NCBI RefSeq assembly: GCF_030144855.1
Contig: NC_082730.1
Span: forward strand, 14,694,001-14,758,000
Length of the DNA: 64,000 bases
Source of the DNA: Hypanus sabinus
Lineage: Eukaryota
Direction of reading: 5' to 3'
Shown here: one piece after another, positions 1-12,111 of the stretch
Layout of the letters: each line of letters opens with the position of its first letter
Position numbering within the stretch: the first letter of the stretch is position 1
Notes under the pieces: generated by a model
Told to the model about the DNA's origin: nothing
Seen by the model: the letters and a program-made list of their open reading frames with translations, nothing else
Database searches by the model: none
Translations under genes and position numbers: made by a program

Positions 1-720
1 GAATCTAGAAAAGATCTGCTGCTCCTGAGACAGGCCTTAAAGACACAAGGCAAACCTCAAGGGAGCTCTTGAGGCAGGTCAGAAAAACACAAGGGAAACT
101 TGGAGCTCAAGAATCTGGAAACAGGTCCAAAAAACACAATGGTGACCTGGAGCTTGAGGCAGTGCTGGAGAATCCAGAACAGATTTGGAGCTCTCAAGGC
201 AGGTCTGAAAAAACACAAGACAGAACTGGAGCTCGAGGCATAGCATACAACTTGAAACCATAGCATTTGACTTTAATGCACAGCATGTGACTTGGAAACA
301 CAGCATTTAACTCAGGAAAAAAAGCATAAGATGGAAGACCTTATGAAATTTGTTGACCCAGAGAACTGTGGAAAAAAATCTTGAACACAGACTGGAGAAG
401 CTCAGAACCTCCACTGGGTCCATACAGTGGGAGTCATTCCATCATGGTGCAAACCCTGAGGACTGGATCCAGATGTAGAGGAACAGCGGGGTCCCCAGGC
501 TGAGACGCAAGGTAAGACATTGGAATCGAAGCCTCAGAAAAGCAATTAGTAACACCATGAGGTAATTCATCCTCTCTGACACCATGATCACGCCTGAGGC
601 AGCAACTGAGATTCCTCCTTAAATAATCATAGAAACATGAGCCAGCCACAATTAACTTGACAAGATCAAACCGAAAACACAAGGGCTTATCAACTGTAGT
701 TAAGGCACTGATTAGCAAAT
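1..720 (-). mobile_element. Possible LTR-retroelement remnant with degenerate ~40-bp repeats at 60-240
   Basis: Minus strand has TATA-like tatttaagg followed by gaatgactcccactgtatggacccag, reminiscent of fish Gypsy LTR/gag junctions. A ggagct motif recurs about every 38-47 nt. Confidence 0.25.
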
Positions 721-739
721 ACAGGTGCTCAAATACCCC

Positions 740-1200
740 AGAAGCTCAACACTCTATGGCGAGCCACAAGGCACATGACAAAGAACCTATGAACCACTGC
801 CTTAAATGCACTTGACCTCCACTGACACCGATGGCAAAGAATTCCAGTCTCACTACCCTCTGGAAAAAGAAATCCCTCCTTATCTTTGTTCTAAATGGAC
901 ATCTTTCTCTTTTGAGGATGTGCCTTGTGGTCATTGACTCCCTCACCAAAGGAACATGCTCTTCACATTCACTCTATCCAGGCCTTTCAACATTTGATTG
1001 GTTTCAATAAGTTTCCCCCTTATTCTTCTAAATTCCAGTGAGTAGAGGTCCAGAGCCTTCAGTTGCTGCTCATTTGAGAACCCTTCCATTCTCAGAATCA
1101 TTCTTGTGAATTTCATTTGAATCCTCTCCAAAGTCAACACATTTTAGATAATAGGCCTAGAAATGCTCACGATAGTCTCAGTCTTACACAGCCTTAGCAT
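740..1200 (-). mobile_element. CR1 LINE 3' fragment
   Basis: ORF 943..1140 LERIQMKFTRMI...LYSLEFRRIRGKLIE is a CR1 ORF2 C-terminus. Confidence 0.8.
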
Positions 1201-1216
1201 TAGATCCTTACTTTTA

Positions 1217-2352
1217 CAGAGCCTACAAAAAGTATTCAACCCCCTTGGAGGTTCCATGTTTTATTGTTTTACAATATTGGATCACAGTGAATTTAATTTA
1301 ATATGGCTTTTTTTGACACTGATCAACAGAAAAAGACTGTTCTGTGTTAAAGTGAAAACTGATTTCTACAAAGTGATCTCAATTAGTTACAATTACTTGA
1401 TTGCCTTCAAGTCAGAATTTAATACATGCACCTTTGGCAGCAATTACAGCCTTGAGTTTGTGTGGATAGTGTGTTACTGATGATGTGTGGTGTTTGGCTT
1501 ACACCAACCATAGCACTTAGACTGATGGCCAGATAACTTATTTTTGGTTTTATCAGTCCACCAAATCTTCTTCCAGCTGACTTCAGAGTATCCCACATGC
1601 CATCTGGCAAACTCTAGTTGAGATTTTTGAGAGTTTTTTTCAATAGTGGCTTTTTCTTTCCCACTGTCCCATAAAGCTGCGACAGATGAAGTACCTGGCT
1701 GGTGTATGCACAGTCTCTCCCATCTCAGCCACTGAAGCTTGTAACACCTCCAGAGTTGTCATAGGTTTCTTGGTGGCCTCCCTCACTAGCCCCTTCTTGC
1801 ATGGTCACTCGGTTTTTGAAGATGGCCTGCTCAAGGCAGATTTAACATCTGTGCCATATTCTTTCCATTTCTTGATGATTGAATTAATCATACTTCAAGC
1901 AATATTCAGTGACTTGGAAATTTTCTCATATCTTTCTCCTGACGTGCTTTTCAACAAGACTTTTGTGGAGTTGTTTGTAATGTTCTTTCAACTTTATGGT
2001 GTAGTTTTTGTCCATTAACAGGTGTATTTTTACTACAACCAATTGAAACACCTTGACTGCACACTGTGATCTTCATTTACCTAATTATGTGACTTCTAAA
2101 ACCAACTGGCTGCACTAGTGATGATTTGGTCTGTCATATTAAAGGAGGTGAATATTATGAAATCAATTATTTTGTGTTTTATATTTGCAAATAATTTGCA
2201 TCACTTTGTAGAGATCTGTTTTCACATTGACACGGAAGAGAATTTTCCTGTAAATCAGTGTCAGAAAAGGCAAATTAAATCCACTATGATTCAATGTTGT
2301 AAAACAATAAAACATGAAAACTCTGTGGGGGGGGTGTATATATTCTTGACTA
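1217..2352 (-). mobile_element. Internally deleted Tc1/mariner transposon with long ITRs
   Basis: TA|cagagcctacaaaagtattcaacccc left end; 2200-2350 is its reverse complement. Minus-strand remnant LEFARWHVG...WKKIWWTDKTK matches the Tc1 WSDETK region. Confidence 0.8.
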
Positions 2353-2992
2353 GAATATTTTGTCCTACTGTAACCTATGACAATCTTCTACACTCCACTA
2401 CACCAACAACATTTGCGTTTTCTGCAAACATGTTGAACAATCCTTCCACTTCTTCAGTCAAGTCCTTTATAAAAATCACAAAGGACAGTGGTGCCTGAAC
2501 AGAACAAGCCTCCGTTAATCAGAGAATTGAGATCAAGAGTCACGAGACAATTATGTAACACTACTGGTCATCGTCTCCTGGCAGAATACATAATCTACTG
2601 CCATCCTCTGACTTCTGTGGGCAAACCAGTTTCAATTGTTAGAGTGTCTCAAATGAGGAGACATAGTAGCAAGATTAGGACTGGGTAATTTAAAATTAGA
2701 TGCATAAGAACTTCTTCACAATCCTTGGAATTCTCCACCTGGAAGATTGTGGAAGCTGGATCAGTAGAGATATATAAACAGAATGTAGATATTTTTGATA
2801 TAGTTCAGGGAATGGAGAAGTGGGAGAGGGTGCAGTGGCGCAGAGACAGCCAGGTATAGTTCAGCCAGGATTACATTGATAATGGGGTAGTCTTCAGAAA
2901 CCAAACAGCCTGCTGCAGCCATTCCTCCTGAGCTCTTACACTAACTGCACATGGTCTCCACAGTTCCTTTGGTCTGAGCAATTCCCTGTGCT

Positions 2993-3232
2993 GGCCCATG
3001 GCCAGGTGGTTAAGGTGTTCGTTTAGTTATCTGAAGGTCGCTAGTTCGAGCCTTGGCTGAGGCTGCATGTGTGTCCTTGAGCAAGGCACTTAACCACACA
3101 TTGCTCTGTGATGACACCGGTGCCAAGCTATATGGGTCCTAATGCCCTTCCCTTGGACAACATCGGTGGTGTGGAGAGGGGAGACTTGCAGCTTGGGCAA
3201 CTGCTGGTCTCCCATAAAAAAAACTTGCCCAG
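2993..3232 (+). mobile_element. tRNA-derived SINE
   Basis: A box tggccaggtgg, B box agttcgagcc, core gtgtccttgagcaaggcacttaacc. Confidence 0.55.
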
Positions 3233-3382
3233 GTAAAAAAATCCATGGTCTATCGCGACACACAATTCTCTATATTTTCCATGAAACAAACCACTGGAAA
3301 CTATTTATAGTGTAAGGAGTGAGTTTAGGTATTTACTGTTTTTCAAGGTTGGAAAAGTCTCAAGGTTGGAAAACCAGAGACA

Positions 3383-3519
3383 TCATCCATTTAGACACAA
3401 AGCCACCATTGTCAGCAAGAGCAGGCAGCAGACAGGAAGTACTCTGTCTCAGCTATTGAGCAAGGCATTCGACTCTCTGCAAGACTTGTCACCGTGGAGA
3501 CAGAATAGGCCAGATATGC
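3383..3519 (-). pseudogene. Candidate stalk/TM exon after the unit-1 C2 with an internal TGA (GISGLFCLHGDKSCRESNALLNS*DRVLPVCCLLLLTMVALCLNG*)
   Basis: Phase-1 AG at 3520-3521 with a modest pyrimidine tract. A CLHG motif resembles the unit 2/3 exons. A hydrophobic stretch follows the TGA at 3449-3451. Confidence 0.35.
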
Positions 3520-3870
3520 CTGACTGCAGCCTAAAGAACATAACAGATTAACTCTCCAACCCACTAACCCACCCCTCCACAAACCCCACCACCACTATGT
3601 TATCATTTTATGTCAGCCACCTTAGGTACAAACACTAGTATGCCTAGTATCAATTTATGGGCATACATAGTCACTGTATATAAACTATCTTACATATTTA
3701 TAATGATTTTTAAAATTTATTGTTGTGTTCTATATCACATTGTGTTTTTGTGCTGTATTGGACACTTACACTGTGTACTAGAAATGACATTAAGCAATGT
3801 TGAATCTTGAAAGCAATACATGATACTCAATCATTCACACTGATGAGTCAGATCCTCCTCCACCACTTAC

Positions 3871-4182
3871 CAGTGCCAATGAATCGAATCACAAAACTGC
3901 AGTTGCCCTCCCTGTTGTAGATGGACACATTCACTACTTCACTAGACTTTGCTCCACAAGTATTCGAGGCTGTGCAGTAATATTGATGGTGTTGGTACTT
4001 GAAGGATTGACAATGTAGATCCAGTTTACCACTGACAGAGATCACAGACGATGTGTTTTCATGCCATGTGTATTGAATGGGAGGAGATCCCTGGACAGAC
4101 TCACAGGACACTGACACGGAGCCCTCAACGCATGAGACATTTGCAGGAGAGAGAAATTGAAGCACAGGAACAGACACCGGTT
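3871..4182 (-). CDS. Exon: FcRL-like C2 Ig domain, unit 1
   Basis: 312 nt, phase 1-1, ctccacag| acceptor and G|gtaagt donor. SCESVQGSPPIQYTW...YYCTASN pattern; 9 nt shorter than its paralogues. Confidence 0.88.
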
Positions 4183-4419
4183 CTGTGGAGAAGAATCAGT
4201 GAACATCAGAAAATCAATAAAGATTCCAGCAGCTCTGCATCTCAGCCAGAGCAGGTGGTTGTCTCACCTCTAAGTCCATCTGTGTCTCTGTATCCTCCCA
4301 GATGCCTGAACCGCCACATCTGCCATCATCCCAAAACACAGCGAGACTCCAGATCAGGACAGCAGTGATGATACTGATGATGTGATTTATCAGTGTGATG
4401 TGTCAGTGTGAAGGTCAGC

Positions 4420-5150
4420 ATCTCTCTCAGCAGCAAGGAGACAGTCTCCAGTGGTGTTCAAAAAAAATCAATGCAAATATTGTATTAAGGTGAGAGGTGG
4501 GCAATTTAAAGGAGATTTGTGAGACAAGTTCTTTAGCTACAATGAGCATGGTGACTGTTCTGTCAGGCAAAAAGGTGGAACAGGTATAACAACAATATTT
4601 AGAATGCATTTAGATTAACCCACAAAAAGTTTGGCACAGGTGTAATTATGGGCATTTACAAGCAGATAGAATTAGCTTAGACTGACATCATAAGATCATA
4701 GAACTATAAGACATGGGAGTAGAATTAGACCATTCGGCCTGTTGAGTTTGCACCACCATTCAATAATGTTGATATAATTTCCCTCTCAACCCCACTCTGC
4801 CGCCTTCTCCCTGAAACCTTTGACACACTTACTGATCAAGAACCTATTAACTTTCACTCTAAGTATACCCAATAACTTTTCTTCCACAGACTTCTGTGTC
4901 AATAAATTCCACAGATTCACCATCCTCTGGCTAAAGAAATTCCTCCACAGGTCTGTTCAAAAGTAATGTCCTTCTATTATCTTTCCCCTAGTCTAGATGT
5001 CTCCACTGCTGGAAACATACTTCCCACATCTACTCTATCTAACCAGTCAATATACCATAGGTTTCAATGAGATCCTATCTCATTCTTCTAAATTCTAGTG
5101 CGTAAAGGCTCAGTGCCATCCATATGTTAACCCTTTCATTCCAGGGAACA
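4420..5150. mobile_element. Two CR1 3' tails in opposite orientation
   Basis: Similar to the other CR1 3' ends in the window. Confidence 0.6.
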
Positions 5151-5550
5151 TGGTCAGGGGAGCACATGATGGGACAAAGGCATCCTTAGTATCATCACTT
5201 CTGTGCTGGCTGTTCCATGTTCAATCTTCTTCTGTAGTTCCAGTTCTGCATTTTCCACATAGGAAAGGTCAAGGTGGTCAGCAGGTGCCACATGTGGGGA
5301 CTTGAAGCTCCTTGACCAGTATGGAGGGAGAGAGAAAGAGAGAGATCGAGACAATGGGGCTGGAGAGGGTGTGACTGATCCCTGAGGTGAGATGGGGATT
5401 TGGTTGCCCTGCTCCAGGGCGCCTGAGCGGAGTCTGTTGAGCCTCTGCCTAACAGAGGCTCAGAATATTGATTCTGCCCTGGGCCCTCCCATGGAAAATA
5501 TGGATCAGACATTTCAATGGAGACACGATGTCAGTCAATGAGAAACCTAC

Positions 5551-5865
5551 CGTTAGATACCTGTAGATGCACATCAAACATTGGATGATTGCCAGATGTT
5601 GTAATTCCACATCTGTACTGTCCTGTATCTTGAGAGACAAGATTCTCCATAGTAACAGTAAATATTCCCTGGGATATGTTATCTCTGATTGTCATCCTTC
5701 CATACTGCTCATTTGTCCTATTTGTATTCACTAACGATGTGCATTGGCGACCCCACATATGGCAAAAATACTTTGTGTGTGAACGGTACATTGGTGCATA
5801 GTGACAATCGATTGTGATTGCTCTTCCCACAACTCCTCTTACTTTATCTTCTGCCCATAAAGCAC
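5551..5865 (-). CDS. Exon: CD300/pIgR-like V-set Ig domain, unit 1 (GALWAEDKVRGVVGRAITIDCHY...KYFCHMWGRQC...DTGQYRCG...LQVSN)
   Basis: 315 nt, phase 1-1, tttcag| acceptor (an in-frame AG lies 6 nt upstream), donor G|gtaggt. Four Cys, including the C-C' pair typical of CD300/pIgR/TREM domains. Confidence 0.88.
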
Positions 5866-6219
5866 CTGAAACTGAGGGAGAAGTTCTTCAGAAAATGGAC
5901 AGGTAAAATGAAATTTACACAGACTGCACATAGACTGCGAAGACAACAGCATTGTCCATCATCACGTGCTCTCAGCTCTTCACATATAATGATTTTTATT
6001 TGATTGGAGTCATCATTATCATTGCCCACTAATGTCTCAGTGTGCTTCCACATTTCTGAGTCAATAGATTACTGATCCAGTCACATTCCGAACAGGTAAG
6101 CCTAAGGTCAGTGGCAGGTAAATTGTGTAAGAATGGATCACCTGAACTTGCAAAGGGAAGCTCTGATTTTGGATGGTCAACATGATTCTGGGCACAGGAA
6201 ATCCTCTCTCTGAAGTACT

Positions 6220-7720
6220 TGTCCTGAGTTTTTGTGAAGAGATGCTCAAAGGAACTGTTGAGAACAGGGCAATAGAGTTTAGCATGAGTTTAGCAAGGCT
6301 TATGACAAGACCTTGCATAGTGTGTAATGTGAGATCACATGGTAAGCTAGTTGGATAGATACTGAAGAGGCTTGGGGGAAATAGTCACTTTGTGGTTGCT
6401 GGTTTTCTGACAACATCTGACTTTGTCACCAGTGGTGTGCTATCAGGATCAGCGCTGTTGTGTGTCAACTAAAGTTTTTTGTCATCTGCATTAATAATTT
6501 GGAATGAAAATGCAGGTGACATGATTAATAAGTTGCCGGCGACAGAGTAGTGCGTTGGACAGTGGAAAGATCTAAGTTTACAATGGGACATTGAAAATGA
6601 ATCAGGATTCACCCCCATTACACTCTGCTAGTATGACTCCCCGACCTGAGCCTGTATTTGACCTGTCTCCTTCTCTTCTCATTTCTACAATAAGGCGGAA
6701 GGTGCAGGAGTCTTGGGTCCCACACCGCTGGGTTTGCCACCAATTGTTGCCCTGAAGCCACTGGACCCCTGGTTTGGCCTCACTCGCCATAGCACTGAAC
6801 TGACTTCACAGCTGTGGACTTACTTTCGGGGACTCTGCCTCTCATGTATTCAATGTATTATTTGTTTACGTATTTTTTTTGATCTGCACAACTTGTCATC
6901 TTTTGCTTGTCTGTGTCTTGTCATGGATTCTGTTGTGTTCCTTTGTTTTGTGGGTATCTGCAAGAAGATGAATCTCTCAGTTGTTTGTGATATACGTACT
7001 TTGATAGTAAGTTTACTTTGAACTTTGAACTAGGAAAGTGGCCAATGAAATGGCTGATGGAATTGAACTCAGGCAGTGTGGAGTGTTGTACTTTGGGAAA
7101 TTAAACAAAGGCACAACTTACACTGTAGGGAATTAGTGTGCAACAACAGTGGTCTCTGAAAGTGGCAACACAGGTGGACTAAGTGGTGGACAAGGCAAAT
7201 GATCTGCTTGTCTTCATTGGATGGGGCATTAAGTGCAGCTGGGATAGCATGTTACAGCTATAAAGGACATTGACAAGACCTCACTCGGCTATCCTGAGCA
7301 GTTCCTGAGGAAGGGTATGAGTAAATTCAAGAGGGTTACAGAAAACATTCACAAAGATGCTGCTGGGACTGGAGGGTTTGGGTTATGGATAGGCTGGGAC
7401 TGCTTTTCCTGACATGAGGGCAACTGAGGGTGACCTTATCGAGGTTCACAAATTAAGAGGGACAAAAGTATGGGTGGGAGAGTCAAAAATTAGGGAGTCT
7501 AGATTGAAGTCAGAGGGCCTGGAGGGGCAGTGTTTTCCACACAGAGCAGTGCGTGCGTGGGAAAGGATGCCGGGGAAGTGCTGGAGGTGGGTAAAAATTT
7601 AAAATACAATTGGAAAAGTTCATGGACAGGAAAGCTTGAGAAGCGTACGGACTAAATACAGGGAAATGGGAGAAGCTCAGAAAGAGACAGGGCCAAAGCT
7701 CCTGTTTCCATAACCTGAAA
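6220..7720 (+). mobile_element. Degraded CR1 RT/3' fragment with a nested Rex/Babar-type 3' end (~6600-7030)
   Basis: SKAYDK-like remnant and CR1 tail; the nested piece ends in ttgaactttgaact. Confidence 0.6.
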
Positions 7721-8419
7721 CTCTATGACTCTGAGCATCTTCTCTAAACAGGACCACACTTCTGAAAGTTTAAATTCAGAATTCAATTTCACTGCATAGG
7801 TGTGGTAGCTTTTGGAATCATAGCCAATCAGATTACACTTCAATTGAAACGTTTGAAGGTCAAAGTGCATTTATTATCAAAGTATGTGTACTATATACAA
7901 CATTGAGATTGTCTCCTCACAGGCATCCACAAAACAAAGAAGCCAAGGAGACCCCATTTTAAAAATTCTCAAACATCCAATATGCAGAAATAAAAATCAT
8001 GCAAACTATAAAAGTAAGCAAATTACGTTCAGAACTGAAATTCACAAAAATGAATCTCAGACACAACGCCAGTCACCACTTCAGCTGATTCAGAAGCCCA
8101 TTAGTTGCAGGTCACAGCCTCAGTTCAGCACCGATGAGTAAACCCTGTGGAGCAGCAAGCTGAACACTGGCCCATTCCTTGCCTACAACAGGCATTCCTG
8201 TAGGGTTTCCCATGGATTTTCAAGGTCTATCATTCTGTCTCAATCATGAAGTGCAACAGCCTTGATCATTTCTGTTCAGAGACTCAAATAGAAGGAATGG
8301 GCTTCCTTCGCATTATCTCAAAGTGAGTGATCTATTTTGATCAGCAACCAGAAACACAGTTTCAGTCATCACTAATTTACCTGGGCTGTTCAGGAAATTC
8401 TAAAGTTACTGATGACCAC

Positions 8420-9810
8420 AAGACAAAGGGACCACCAGACACAAGAGTAGAATTAGGCCATTTGGCTCCGCCATTCCATCATGGCTGTTCCATTATGTTT
8501 CTTAATCCCAAACTCCTGCCTTCTCCCTGAAGCCTTTTGTAATCTTACTAATCAACAAACTAACAAGCTCTGCTTTAAATATACCAACAAATTGACCTCA
8601 ACAGCCATGTGAAGTAATGACTTCCATAGATTCAATACCATCTGGTCAAAGAAATTCCTCCTCAACTCTGTTGTAATACAAGGAGTTTGCAAGTTCTCCA
8701 TGTGGAATGCATGGGTTTTCTCTGGATCTCCTGTTCCCTTCCAGTAACTGTAACCAGGATCAGTGGACAACAAACTGTGCAAACTTTGACTTTGTTATCC
8801 CCAAACCTGGCCACAAAGCTATCTATGCCGCCATCCAAGTCATTAACATACACCATAAAAAGTAGCAGTCCTAACACCGAACCCTGCAGAACACTACAAG
8901 TCACTGACAGACAAACAAGGTAGCACCATTTTGTTCACATCCTTTGCCTCTTGCCAGTCAGCCAATCTCCTATCCATGCTAGAATATTTCTAGTAACACC
9001 TGGCTTCTTATCTTGTTTAGCAGGCTCATGTGTGGCACCTAGTCAAAAGTCTCCTGAAAATCCAAGTAAACAATATCCACTCTCCTTTGTCTGTCCTGCC
9101 TGTTGTTCCCTCAAAAAATTCCCACGGATTTTTCAGGCAAGATTTCCCCATAATGAAACCATATTTTATTATGTGCCTTCAAGTACCTTGAAATCCTATC
9201 CTTCATAGTGAACTCCAACATCTTCCCAATCAATGAAGTCAGGCTAACTGGTCTATAAATCCCTTTCATTTGCCTCCTGAAAGAGTGGAGTGACATTTCC
9301 AATTTTCCAGTCCTACAGAACCTTTCAAGAATCTAATTATTCTTTAAGGATCACTACTAATGCCTCCACAACTTCTTCAGCTATCTCTTTCTGAATACTT
9401 GGTTTGGTCTATCTGGGGCAACTGACATCTACCTCAACTTCCCAAACACCTTCTCCTCAGTAAAAGCAATTGCACTCACTCCTGCCCCTTGACATTGCTG
9501 CATTTCTGTCATACTGCTTGTGTCTTACTCAGTGATAAATTATTCAAAATACTGAATAGGTTCATTCTACATTTATCTGTCTCTCATCATTACCTCTCCA
9601 GCACCGATATCCAGTGGTTTGATATCCACTCTTGCATCTCCTTACACCTCATATATCTGAAATTGTTGGGTGTCCTCTTTTATATTATTGGCTAGTTTCC
9701 CTTTATGTTTCATCTTTTCTCTCCTAATGACTTTTCTCATTGCCTTCTGTTATCTTTTTAAGCGTTTCCCAGTTCTCCAACTTTCCACTATTTTGTGCTA
9801 TATGATCTTC
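8420..9810 (-). mobile_element. CR1 RT fragment, unit 2 block
   Basis: VLQGSVLGLLLFMVYVNDLD and YRPVSLTS motifs; paralogous to 15710-17465. Confidence 0.8.
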
Positions 9811-9979
9811 CTTTTGTTTTTATGAAAGTGTCACTGTCTCACAACCCAATAGCCATTCTAGCATCCTCAATGTAGAAGCTAGAAGTATGAATGGAATGCT
9901 TTCTATTTGTCTGGATTTGCAAGTCCATCTATAGTTAAGATGCTCCACATTTTTCAGGAGAAGTGATAGACTAAACTGT

Positions 9980-10014
9980 TCACCCCACCCCATGGAGGCT
10001 GCAACGTGTAGCTT
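9980..10014 (-). other. Candidate short terminal exon after the unit-2 C2 (EATRCSLHGVG*)
   Basis: Acceptor tttctttgcattgtag|AA, phase 1, homologous to 17623-17675. 107-nt intron. Confidence 0.5.
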
Positions 10015-10121
10015 CTACAATGCAAAGAAATTCCTTACCCTCACTAGGCATATAAGAGCAGCAGCAACAGAGTAACAAAAAGAAATATTTAAATATATCC
10101 TCCCTTGAAATTAGAACTTAC

Positions 10122-10442
10122 TGATGCCATTGATTTCTGTCACATAACTGCAGATCTCTCCGTTGTTGAAAATGATCACATTAATCATTCCACTGTATAT
10201 TACTCTAAGACTATTGGAGGCACTGCAGTAATATTGATGGTGGGTTTGGTTGAAGTATTGACAGTGCAGAGTCAGCTCCTTGTTATCTGAGATCTTTGGA
10301 TGCCCAGATGAGGTTTGTTCATACCATCTGTACTGAATGGGAAGAGATCCCTGGAGAGACTCACAGGACACGGACACTGAGCCCCCAAGACGTGAGACAT
10401 TTGCTGGTGACAGATATTGAAGCACAGGAACCGACACAGGTT
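10122..10442 (-). CDS. Exon: FcRL-like C2 Ig domain, unit 2
   Basis: 321 nt, phase 1-1, tcccacag| acceptor and A|gtaagt donor, open frame. Confidence 0.88.
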
Positions 10443-10479
10443 CTGTGGGAAGGAATTAAACATTCAAACACTGAATGAA

Positions 10480-11025
10480 CATCGGCAAATCAGACACTCT
10501 TCAGCCACTTCATTTGGTACATCTATTTACCTGCTTGTTAATGCAAGTAACAAAAACAGTCAATCATGTGGCAGCAACACAGTTCATAAAAACATGAAAG
10601 CATAGCCAAGGGATTTAATTGTTGTTCAGGCCAAATATCAGAATGGGGAGGAAATGTGATCTCATGACTTTGACCGTGCAGTCAGATGAGGAGGTTTGAA
10701 AATCTCCTGGGATTTTCATTTACAACAATCAGTATATTTTCCAGAGAATGGTGTGAAAAACAATAAATATCCAGTGAGCAGCAATTATGTGAGCAAAATG
10801 CCTTGTTAATGAGAGAAGAATGGCCTGACTGTTCAAACTGACAGAAAGATGACAGGAATCCAAATAAGCATGCATTACTGCAGTGGTGTGCAGAAGAGCA
10901 TCTGGACACACAACACATTAAAGCTTGAAGTGAATAGGCCAAAGCAGCAGAAGACCATGAAAATACACTCAGTGGCCACACTATTAGATATAGGAGTTAC
11001 CTAACGAATTGGCCCCTGAGTGTTC
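10480..11025. mobile_element. Tc1-family non-autonomous fragment in the V-C2 intron of unit 2 (paralogous copies in unit 3)
   Basis: Shares internal sequence and ITR with 47986-48932. Confidence 0.6.
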
Positions 11026-11386
11026 AAAGGCAGCGTATTTGTGAAATATCCATCACAAATTTGGTGGCTTTCACGAGAAAATGAAATTTTGACTGGGTTC
11101 AGTGACCAGCCGTAGAGAGGGAAATATTTGGCACTGATATTAATGCAGAAATAGTGAGGGATGGACAGGGCCTGGATAAAGATCTTCTAATATGTGCAAA
11201 GGCTGAGCAGGATTGCTGTTCTTCAGACACATCCACGAGATGGGCATTTCTCCATTCAACAAGCTTGCCCTAGTATCAACACATTGTCACTCCCCAAGAT
11301 GCCTAATGCACTGACCCTTCCCAGAGGAAGCATGTTTGAGACATTTACTTAATTGAAGGCACAAAGTTAATCCCTGAGAAACTTAC

Positions 11387-11701
11387 CATAAGATACTTGT
11401 AAATGTACATAAAACATTGGATCGGCATCTGGTGTTGTAATTCCACAGCTGTACCATCCTGTATCTCCAGAGCGAAGATTCTTCACAGTAACATTAAATA
11501 TTCCCCATTCTGGATTATCTGAAATTGCCACTCGTCCCCTCCGTCCATGTTGCTGTTTTGATTCCACTGTAATTGAACATTGACGAGTCCATCCATGGCA
11601 CCAATACTTTGTGTGTGAGCGGTACTTTTCTTCATAGTGACAATCGATTGTGATAGCTCTTCCCACAACTCCTCTTACATACTGCTCTGCCCACAATGCT
11701 C
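11387..11701 (-). CDS. Exon: CD300/pIgR-like V-set Ig domain, unit 2
   Basis: 315 nt, phase 1-1, intact splice sites, open. TIDCHY, KYWCHGWTRQC and DTGWYSCG motifs. Confidence 0.88.
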
Positions 11702-11904
11702 CTGAAACTGAGGGAGGCATTTTCAGATTTGAGGGGAAAGGAACAACTTAATGCAAACAAATATCTTTGAATATGACGGTAAAAACGGGTCCAGGTCACG
11801 TCCAGTATGTGGTCCATGACACCACAACCAATGATTTTGGTCTGAAGTGCAGTCAGTGCTGTTACCGTGTCAGTGCTCTCTCTCCTGTGTCAGTACATTG
11901 TGGG

Positions 11905-11913
11905 TTCACTTCC
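11905..11913 (-). promoter_or_regulatory. Candidate ETS(PU.1)/IRF composite-like site GGAAGTGAA about 200 nt upstream of the V exon (also 39028-39036)
   Basis: Motif match conserved in units 2 and 4 and deleted in unit 3. Function is inferred only. Confidence 0.25.
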
Positions 11914-12056
11914 CACTTCACAGTCCTAAGCAGTCCTGACCTTCCACTGCAGTACTGAGGGAGATCTGCAATATTGAACTTTCAATTACCTCAGATAATG
12001 TCAGCCTTTCAAAAGTACACAAAGGTTCTAGCTGTTTCATCTGGGATGCTTCCACA

Positions 12057-12058
<2 letters not shown>

Positions 12059-12108
<50 letters not shown>
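12059..12108. repeat. (TG)25 microsatellite
   Basis: Directly visible; only short TG runs at the paralogous sites (~21440, ~39180). Confidence 0.95.

Positions 12109-12111
<3 letters not shown>

Noticed and set aside
2540-2610. DYVFCQETMTSSVT* as a stalk exon for unit 1
   Set aside because: No pyrimidine tract at the in-phase AG, and an early stop.
4270-4372. Signal-peptide-like frame IITAVLIWSLAVFWDDGRC (also ~62080-62184)
   Set aside because: No ATG, wrong phase for a V->C2 position, and the paralogue closes early. Treated as conserved intron.
8350-8400. Conserved CCCAG|gtaaat donor (also ~15660) as a possible leader-exon end
   Set aside because: The upstream frame is not hydrophobic and has stops or no ATG.
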